From Octopus bimaculoides (taxonomy: Eukaryota): a DNA stretch of 64,000 nucleotides. Shown here piece by piece: positions 54,280-64,000 of this stretch; position 1 is the first letter of the stretch; each line of letters starts with the position of its first letter. Position numbers and translations under genes: made by a program. Below the pieces are notes generated by a model, which did not search any database, was not told where the DNA came from, and saw only the letters and a program-made list of their open reading frames with translations. Location: NCBI RefSeq assembly GCF_001194135.2, contig NC_068985.1, positions 106,539,102-106,603,101 of the forward strand, in the 5' to 3' direction.

Positions 54280-54900
54280 ACTAGAAAACCCTTACATGGC
54301 AAATACAAATAGACAATATTAACTCCCCACACTGGCTGAGACTGAAGGTTTCTTAATTGTGGCACAAGATCAAAGCCTCCTTACCAGAAACCACCAAAAC
54401 TAGATAATGAAGCAGAATACAATAAGTAACTGTAGAATATGCGGTGATGGGGAAGAAACAGTTAATCATATTTCTGACAGCTCAGTCTTGAACAAGAAGG
54501 AATATATTCCCTGACATGACTCAAAGTTATGCCAACACTGTGAAATTCAACAGAAAAAAAAAATGGTATAGGCATACCCGAGAAAAGATCTCAGAAACTG
54601 ACAACACTACCATAGTCTGGGATATGCCAATACACACATAGGGAGATCAAGGTTAACTGACAAGATATTGTTATCAAGGACTGTCCCAACAGACAACACT
54701 GTATCTCTAAAAGAAATGAGAAACTCTTGAAATACAAAGATCTGGAAATAGAGATAATCTAAATATGGAGTCTGGAAACAGAAACAATCCCTATAATATA
54801 GGTGCTTTAAGTATGATAAAAAAGGAAAAAGAGCATACAGACAAATACATAAAACACCAGGACTTACAGATATATAAAACATACAGAAAATAATACTGCA
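54280..54900 (+). mobile_element. R4/Dong-like non-LTR retrotransposon 3' relic (zinc knuckle and REL endonuclease) beside an (AAT)n tract
   Basis: KPLHGKY, AETEGFLIVAQDQSL, CRICGDGEETVNHI, DIVIKD, KYKDLEIEI and TIPIIIG motifs, with stops and frameshifts. An RT relic (FYVDDLKLF) lies at 55481. Confidence 0.75.
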
Positions 54901-56207
54901 AGGCATCACACAAATCACAGCACATACCTAAGGCACACAGAGCTTCACTCAGTAGTACAGTGAAAGCACACAATAACAAATAAGACTGCTAAATAAATAA
55001 TTATAATGATGATGATACAAAATAACTTAAGAATGCTAAATAATTTTATATAAAGTCCTGACAACTACAGTTTTTAAGTGGTTTGTTATTCTTTAGGAAA
55101 ACAATAAGTACATTAAGGGATGTATGGATGTAGATGAATAGAATAGTAATTGATGAATTGAGTAATTTTTGAAGACAACAGAAAAAGAAATTCTAACCAG
55201 AGCATGTATTGAACTGAAAAACATTTGGCAGCATTTCAAAGTCCTGGATAAGGCTATGGATCATAGATGTTAAATGATGATGATATAGTGTAAACATGGA
55301 AAACCTCCAATAAGCTGCATGATAAAGAAAAGATAAGAACAAAATCCCCTTAAAAACCAGATCAATCTAAATAAGAGGTGGAAGTTTTCAAAATGTTTTT
55401 TCTTTCACACTGACCTTCATGTCTAGCTCTAAATTCACTAACCACAAATTATTACAAATAATATAGATGAACTGTAAGCCTTCTATGTAGATGATTTAAA
55501 ACTATTTACAAGAAACTACACCCAGTTAGAGAAACTGAAGACATAAATTAATTGAAACTGAGAACATTTAATCAAGTTTCAAACAGTTAATTTTGAGAAT
55601 TAGAAGAAAAGCAGCTTAGGATGAAACTGCTAGAATTACAACACAAAAATGATAGAGAAAAGTACAATACAAGAACTAGACTAGCAAACTATAATTCAAG
55701 TGAAGGTTGTACATACATAAATTAAATACCAAAAGACCTTTTATCTGTTGCTTTACTGATTCCATTATCCACTATTCTTGTAATATTTTCAATAATGGTT
55801 ATGAATGAGTAAATGACATATTGACACAAAGGAAAGACAATCAGTGAAGAGGCTGACAATAAATAAAACTTAAGCCATAACTATAAAAAAATATATATAG
55901 GAAACAGAATAAACAACAACAAAAATAGAATGTTCACATGGAAGATTGGGTAATGAACAAAATCATAATTCTGGTATGCAGCATGGTGAACTAAAGAACA
56001 GTGTAAAGAAAGAAACATGAGAGGGGATGTATTATCTCTACTGTGAGATCTGTTATGGTTGAAGGGAAGTACAATAAGTGAGAAATATATACACAAACAT
56101 AAATCTAAATCTATGTACAAACAAGCACACAGTTTCTGTATACTAAATTCACTCACAAACCATTGATCAACAAGGGGATATAGGATTCGCTTGATCAAGC
56201 CGTGTAT

Positions 56208-56330
<123 letters not shown>

Positions 56331-57009
56331 GTTGTGTTTGTGTGAGTAATGTGTATATATGTAAATAAATACCCTTTTAACAGTTGTCTGTGACTCCATG
56401 GGTTGGATGGGGATACTTATGGCAGGATGCTCTTTCTCTAACCAACTGTTATCTGCTTTTCAAATAATGGTATCTTGGAAAGTACAGAGAATTTGGCCAC
56501 AATGTCAACAAAGAATGTAAACATCATATAGCATTTTGTTCAAGCGAGTCTGTGGATATCACCATCCAAGAATACTGACACACACACACAACACAACTCC
56601 CTTACAGTTTCCTTCTATCAAATTCATGTAGAGGATGTTGGTTTTTATATATTTCTCATGTCAACTCATGGTTGAATGTAATATATTTATTTGTGTTTTC
56701 CTTTATGAGACTTTTGATTACGTGCTCATCCTTTTTGTACCTGTTATGCATCTAATTCATATTATACACTTGTGTATGATATGTGTATTTTTCATACAAG
56801 CACTGTCTACTCTATTTGTTGCATTGTATTTCTATTTATATTCATCAGAAGCTTAGTCTACCTATCTATTTGAATATCTGTTAATTAGTTTGCTTTATTC
56901 TGTGGATTTCTTTAACAAGTGTTGCATTTGTAGAAGAGAATCTAAATGCTCTTCCCAATAGTGATATTATACCTACACACTCACACACATATGTATACAC
57001 AGACACTTA

Positions 57010-57916
57010 TATATTAAGGGTACTAAGAAGCTGAGAGTCTGATGGAACACAAATTTGTTTACAAGCCAATGAAAGGTGTCCTTGCAATCAACTGATCAGT
57101 ATGGAGTTAATGACTAAACATTAACAAAGACAGGTGTTGTGTCTGAATATGCTCTGTCTGATATCCCATAAACAAGGACTTTAGTGAGCTGCATGTTTGG
57201 TATTGTATGTTTTACAAATTTCATAGGGACAACAATGCAACATGTGTAAGGGAAAGCATATGAGCTGTATATCCTGATGGTCCAAGTGTTTGGAAACACC
57301 AATGGTGGTTTAACAAATTCAGAAGGAGTGATTTTGTTCTTATGGATGGGTGCTAATCAAGAAGACCAAATGTTTTTGATAATGATGCAGTAAAAACAGC
57401 AACCGAAGAGGATCCATGCCAAAGTATTGGGAACTTATTCTGGAGAATAAACCTTGGTCCACTGTGGAAAATCATCTCAAGCAAATTTGAAAATGGAGCA
57501 GAGAAGGGAAATGGGTATCTCCTGAGCTGTCCTTCAAAAATTAAGCAGCGTGTTCAACAAGATAACACAAGAAAAGAGAAATTCATTAGGCAGGGATGCT
57601 GTACATCATTCTTCCTACTCACCAAACCAAGCACCGTTGAATATTTACTTATTCTGATCACTTGAACACTTTACTAGTGGAAAACCATTCAGAAGCAGAG
57701 ACGATGTCAAAATAGCACTCCAAACATTTTTTTATTCTAATTTACCTGATTTTTTAAACTTGAGGAATCAGAAAACTGGTTTTGAGGTGGGAAAATGTTA
57801 TTATTCATAATGATCGTAAATATATTTTGAATGAATAAATACATTTACAATATGTTTTATTCTAATTTGAACTCATTGCATGATATGTAACATTACTCTT
57901 CTGTACTCCTAATGTA
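57010..57916 (+). mobile_element. Internally deleted degenerate mariner
   Basis: TIR-like ends tatattaagggtac and gtactcctaatgta. Remnants WFNKFRRSDF and SPNQAPLNIYLF*SLEHFTSGKPFRSRDDVK (the mariner YSPDLAP motif). Confidence 0.7.
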
Positions 57917-60900
57917 CACACACAGACACAATTAGAAATCACAGTTATCATTTCTATGTCAGATGGTCCATCACTAAATAAGAAGATAGTGGGTGGATCT
58001 AATGCAGAGTACACACTTCATGCTATTTTGCTTGTTGTCTTGCATATTTTACTGCAAATACTTTGTTCAGTCAATCAGATCAGAATAGGGGCATTGCACA
58101 GTAAGGAGCAGGTAACTAGAGTGTGACCTCTTTTTACATAACTACAAACTGTATCACAAGACAGAGATCTGTAAAATGCTAGTTATTACATCATTATAAT
58201 TTCAATTAGTTTAAATAAGCCTTGAAAATTGATAAGATATCTGTTATTTAACAATATCTTGAAAGCTTATTTCATACAAACATGAAACATAAAATCAAAT
58301 GTCAATTATATCTTTCTATTTGACTATTCATAGTCAATGAATAACTTGAGTAATGAGAGAGAAATTATAGTTGTTGTTCATCCCTTCTTGCAGGACATTA
58401 GCAATGCAATGAAAATAAAACCCAGGCTGTAGGCTTGGCTATTAAGGAATGAATTTTTTTTCATGGCCGGATGAAGCATTCTACATGTTATTAGAAGAAT
58501 TAATATAGGTGGGATGCGATTGTAAATTTGACAATTTGTATGTGATTTAGTTTGAGAGTTGGTTGACTTCTTTACTGTCAACCACTGTTTTTAACAGAGA
58601 CAAACATTAACTATTCAACCCATGTTTACATGGAGAGAAAATAGTGGCAAAAACTCAAAAAGCAATTTTAACTTGAGTAATTGTGACTTTGGTATATAAG
58701 ACCTAAATCTATACTCTGCACTATTAAAATCAACACAAAATAGTGAAAAAAAAAAATAACAATAATTTCACTTTCTTGAGGAAGAATAATAATCACATAT
58801 TAAAAATAAACATATTGGCTGCATTGAATATTTGAGTTAGAGGTGGTTGCTTGCTGCTCTTTCTAAAAAAGCGGCCTACAAAAAACATATTTAACATGCA
58901 TATGCAACAAAATATGACGCATTCTCTCCATCTTCCTAAAAAAGGACTGGCAGTAGAGAAGTAAGTTTTCATTGGGAAAGCATGAGGATTAAGAAAGTAT
59001 CTACCTGTAGAATTTAAGATTTAGTAATAAACTTAAGACTATAGTCAGCAACTTGACTTTAAATACCACACCTAATACCATTTAAAATTCTTCATTCAGT
59101 GATCTCTCACTCAATGGAACCGATTTTCTCACAATAAATCAACTTCCAACTATCTAAACTCCAGATTATGGCCTCTATTTCGCTTATATGCTCGCCACCT
59201 GTATTATACAAACACTCCTAAAATGGGTAATGATGATACTTTTCAAGCAAAATAAAAGGAGAAATTTTCAAAAAGTAAAAAGAAAAACAAACAAAAAGCA
59301 TCAGCAAATTTGAATGATATGAGGCCTACTCTTGAGTGGTTATGGGTAAATCTTATGTTTGCACCAATCCAGTTTCTTCATTAACAGTAACTTTTCGATG
59401 TTCAAAGACATAATTAACAGAAAATTGTTTCAATAATGAAAAGGTGGTATCAGTGAGTATTTATTGCAGAACAATTTAATGAAACCAAATTCAACATTAG
59501 AGCATGGCAATAGCAGAAACATACCATCAAAATGAACACATGCCTTGAGTAAGAGAAAACTAGGATATTACAATAACTTCTCTAAAATGGTTTGTATATT
59601 AGTAAATGTACAGTGATTTATGACCTCTATCTTATTTGCCTTTCTTTATGGTTTTATGAACACATTTTAGTTAATAAAATCTCTGATTGTCTTTTATCAA
59701 CTGAAACATATTAGTGAAGTAAACCAAATCACACAACATATGGTTGAGTAATTACTTAGTAAAAACAGAGAAAAGAGAAAATTTGTTATCACAAGGTTGC
59801 AGCAGTTTGGCTGCAGACCGACAGAGGTTCATGTCTTGTTTTTAGCACTGTGTTGTGTCAATTGACAAGACATTTAATTATCCCTGGCTCAGTCTGCATT
59901 AGGATAGTAAATTAAGAGCACATCTGTGAAAAGTAAAAGCATTGCATAATTAATGAGTGTTATTTTAGCTTGAGCTACAATCATAATAAAAAAAGGATGA
60001 TTAGCTTTCACTGGTCTAACTCACCAAGCTGTAAATAAGTGACATGACAAGTTCAAATGAAAATGGAATGGATGCTTTATATAGTACATGAATGTTTTCT
60101 TCAAATTCTACCAAGAATACAACCAATCTGTGAACTTAGTAGGGTTAATAATAACCCACTGATAGATACAACTGATTAAAAGTTAAACAATTAACTGTAT
60201 ATAACCCACTTGCATGAGATAGCTAAATATTAATTTAACAAATCTTCTAACAAGAGACAAGAGATTAAGAATAACAGATGTTGTTAGCTAATAATTTAGT
60301 AGCTAACTTGTAGCTTTGAGAATACATTTATCTGTAAATTAACATTTATTAATCATAAGGTGCTCAGTTGTAAGTCCCTAGCTAGCTGCACTTCAATCCA
60401 TTTCTACAGCTTCTAAACTATCCATATATACTCCCACTCATCCATATATATTCCAAGGATTCAAACCTGTCAATTTATAATCAGTCATATGCAGTTTTCA
60501 TTTTTATAACAGTTCTATAATAACTATCTGTCTCTGAGTCATATTTAATATGTGGTAGCTTTCAGTTTATGCGTGGTAGTCTACATTAACTTGTGACATC
60601 TCTGGTTAACTGTAGCAACACCAGTTAATTTGTTGTAGTCCAGTTTAATATGTGACAACCCCAGTTAATCTATGACATGATTAATTAATCTATAGCAGCT
60701 CCATTTAAATTGTGACAAACCCATTTAATCAGTGATAGCTCTGGATCATTTGATTTTAAAAGATTCAGGAGATTGCTTTCATTTGCCCAGTATCTGAATG
60801 GTGAGATAAATCACTGTTATATCTCTACCACTAATATCAACGGCAACACAAAAGCTAGATACACTCTTTTCAAAGAAACTAGAGTGAAAATTTTCATGGG

Positions 60901-61717
60901 AATTAGTAAAACTAAATCCCTCAAAACAAACTAAAAATCCATGCAGGTTAAAAAACAAAAAACAAGAGGATAAACAAAATTAAACAAAAATCAAAACCTC
61001 ATTTAACCAAATCTTTGTTGATGTTGCTGCAAATGCTATTATAGATCAATTCTCATCTGTTTTATAGTTGACAGAAGGCAAGCTAACTGAATATTTAGGA
61101 GCATCCTGCAGATGCTGCAGCTTATTTAGTGTTTCAGTTATGGTCATCTAGTTTGAAACATGGACATGAAAAGCAAGTAAGCTCTGTTTTCATAAAGTTT
61201 GTAGATGGAAACTTGGCTACTGTGTTGTGCAAGTCAAGTGTCTATGAAGAAGTTAATTCACTGTTAAAGTGCTTCCAACTGGCAGGCAGTTTGTTGAGGA
61301 AGATTTGCTTGATTGTTATGCTGATCATGTCAAATGATTATACAGAAGGTTCCACTCTGGTTTAAGTAACCCACCATTTTAAATTCAATAATAAATATTT
61401 GTTAAGGGAGATTTGGCTACTATACTGAACACAACGACTACAGAGAATCTTCTTTGCTAGCACATGCAGATCCTATTGTGGAGTGAGTAATCATAGGATA
61501 TAAAATTTTAAATCCATGGTTTATATTTTAGAGACAGTGGAAAGTTGAAAACAAAGATTTGGCTATTATACAGAACTGGAGTGACTATATAGAAGCTCTC
61601 TTGAGGTTCAATAAGATGTCTATATATTGTGTAGCATATGGTGTATCTAGGAAAAATGTTAGTAGGAAAAGAGCATAATCGATAAATAAGTGTTGTAGTT
61701 TGCTTGAAGCATTGTAA

Positions 61718-62143
61718 TATCAAAGAAGGTAAAAGAGAGGAAATAGAAAGCTTTTGACAATGTGGAAAGTTTTATAAAACCTTTATATTTCAGGTGCAAA
61801 GCCCATCTTCAGAAAAAAAAAGAAAATCTGGGAAATGTCTGGTTATGTAGGTTCCATTAACCCATTCAAATCCCTTAGCATAATGTAGCAACAGCAGTCA
61901 CTCTCCAAACATAGGTGTAATCAATGCTCCAAGCATTGATGTAAATGAACTTCCAGCTTGGAAGTTTGTTGCTGCTACATAATGCTAGGTAATTTAAATG
62001 GGTAAATGGAACCTACATAACTGGACATTTCCCAGACTGTTTTTCTTCTGAAGATGGGCCTTTGCATCTGAAATATAAAGGTTTTATAAAACTTTCTGCA
62101 TTGTCAGAAGCTTTCTATTTTCTCTCTTTTACCTTCTTTGATA
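61718..62143. repeat. Fold-back inverted repeat (arms about 175 nt) with two small hairpins in the spacer
   Basis: 61719-61896 is the reverse complement of 61967-62142 with few mismatches. The spacer contains atcaatgct-cca-agcattgat and aacttcca-gct-tggaagtt. Confidence 0.9.
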
Positions 62144-62439
62144 ATTGATAAAATATGAACTGAATGTTTAGACAACTCCAGATAAATCAAGCAAGGAATA
62201 TAGGCCACACATTAAACATAACATTGAGATAGATTGAGAAAGAAACATGAGCTAGCAATATATTAGAAATAACAAATTTTAGTTATGGATTATAAAAGAA
62301 ACTAAGTTTCTACTTACTCTCACTATCCATTTTACCTACATTTTGGGGGAGGAGAAATAATAAATAGCTATAATTAAATGTGGTTATCATGTTATCACAG
62401 CTCTCATATTATGAGAATGATGTTATGGGAAAGACTAAT

Positions 62440-62770
62440 GTGGTGTACAGTGAGGACAGCATATTGTATAAAATCCAAGAAAGTTTGGAGGTGTCAACAA
62501 CTTTAGAGTGTAGTTTGCAGCTATGATTGTACAACAGTGATACAGAGTAGCACACAACTGAATGACAGTGTAGTCTTCACTGGGGAATACTGTAGAATGT
62601 ATAGTTGTAGGACAATGCGGCGTAAAGCTGTGGGATAGTACAGTGTAATGCACAACTGTAGAACAGTGTTGAAGGACAGTGTAGCGCACAACTGCAGGAC
62701 AGTATAGCGAACATGTACTGGGTACTGAGGTGCATAGTTGAGGGGCAGTGTAGTATATAGCTATAGGTTA
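62440..62770. repeat. Degenerate GT-rich minisatellite; similar tracts at 4180-4480, 9400-9680 and 60540-60745
   Basis: Recurring short units such as cagtgtag, gtatagttg and acaactg. Confidence 0.55.
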
Positions 62771-62996
62771 TATATTTATTTATTTCTCTCTTTTCTTACT
62801 TTAAGAAAAAAAAAAAAAACGACTCTATATCTATCTGATCTGATTAAACAACAAAGGACTTTCTGATTTATCTGATTTCCATTAAAAGTCTTGAATTTGA
62901 TATCACACTGATGAGGTCATGATAAGATTGAAATGCGTATTATTTTTATTACCTTCATTACTACAGATTATCTATAAAATAAATTAAACAGAGTTC

Positions 62997-63032
<36 letters not shown>

Positions 63033-64000
63033 TACTACTACTACTACTACTGCTATCAAATAGTCAATCTTCACTTCAATAATGTGAAATGGATTGGACT
63101 GATCAAAAAATGCTTGTTAAAGGAAAACATTTCCAGTCATTGTTTAACGACAGTTGTGGGCTCATTAATGTATGACGATAGTTATCATCACATGTTGTTT
63201 GTCATGAAGGCAACAGCTAAAAGAATGCAAAGAACTGAGTGTTCATGTTGCTTGTCTCATGATGTATGCACATGAAATATGGCTGCAGTTGAATACGAAA
63301 AGGCTTAGATGGAAAAGAATTTGCATTGAACATTTGAATTTAGGAAAGACCTGCCATTAAAATCTGTAGCAGGGAAAACTAATGAATTCATTCAACTTTC
63401 TCTTCTCTCTCACTCTATCTCATTCACATCTATCTATCTATCAATTTGAAAAAGATCCAGGCACTTTTATTTTCTCTTGCCACCTTTTTTATATTAAAAA
63501 CTGTAGCCATCTGATTTCATTAAAAACAAAACAAAAACAGCTTTCTGATTTAACTGTTCTCCATAAGTTATCGTGAATTTGATATCACTTTGATGAAAAT
63601 TGAGATATGTACATATGACTGGAAATTTATCTCTATAATTTTTTGTTACTATGAAATAGATTGAACACAGTTCTACAGTTGGATTACTATTATTGCAAGA
63701 AAAATAAATAGATAAGTATGAAATAGCTTCTCTCCCTCACTAAAGTAAAATGAATGGACCAATTTTAAAAAAAGAATTATGTTTGCTTTTTATTCACTTT
63801 TATTTTTATACTATTACTATTATTATCATTATTATTATTGCCTTAGCTTGACTTGGTGCTTATTACAATGAATTCATCACTATTAAATAATGTTGAATAT
63901 ATTATTTAACAATGTACTCAGCCATTACCAAGTTCTTGATGAGCTATGCATTCTTCAGATAACATTTCAGTGATAACTACACAGACATTCAACTTTAATA

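Noticed and set aside
59133-59198. 66-nt phase 1 to 1 open segment GEHISEIEAIIWSLDSWKLIY
   Set aside because: Both splice sites are mediocre, and the peptide is unlike a disordered CaMKII linker.
61129-61365. 78-aa plus-strand ORF in non-repetitive sequence
   Set aside because: No recognisable motif or splice context; possibly an old TE fragment.

Overview
AT-rich animal genomic DNA with dense microsatellites and eight assembly gaps. The repeat families look cephalopod, probably Octopus (inference). The window holds the 3' part of a Ca2+/calmodulin-dependent protein kinase II (CaMKII) gene on the minus strand. Four hub (association) domain exons are clear (28594-28669, 26818-26912, 5897-6011, 4872-4992), all with GT-AG boundaries and matching phases. 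I found no kinase-domain exons, so they lie beyond position 64000 or in a gap. Nearly all ORFs in the supplied track are microsatellite or gap artefacts. The introns carry RTE LINE 3' ends, tRNA-derived SINEs, two mariner relics, REL-endonuclease LINE relics and Penelope-like relics. Two observations stand out. (1) Candidate in-frame cassette exons: a 37-codon insert inside the hub domain (15857-15967) and two linker candidates (40473-40574, 52808-52885). (2) Several intronic fold-back elements whose arms carry minimal type I hammerhead-ribozyme-like motifs; the best one is sense to the CaMKII pre-mRNA, about 1 kb upstream of the hub-insert candidate.
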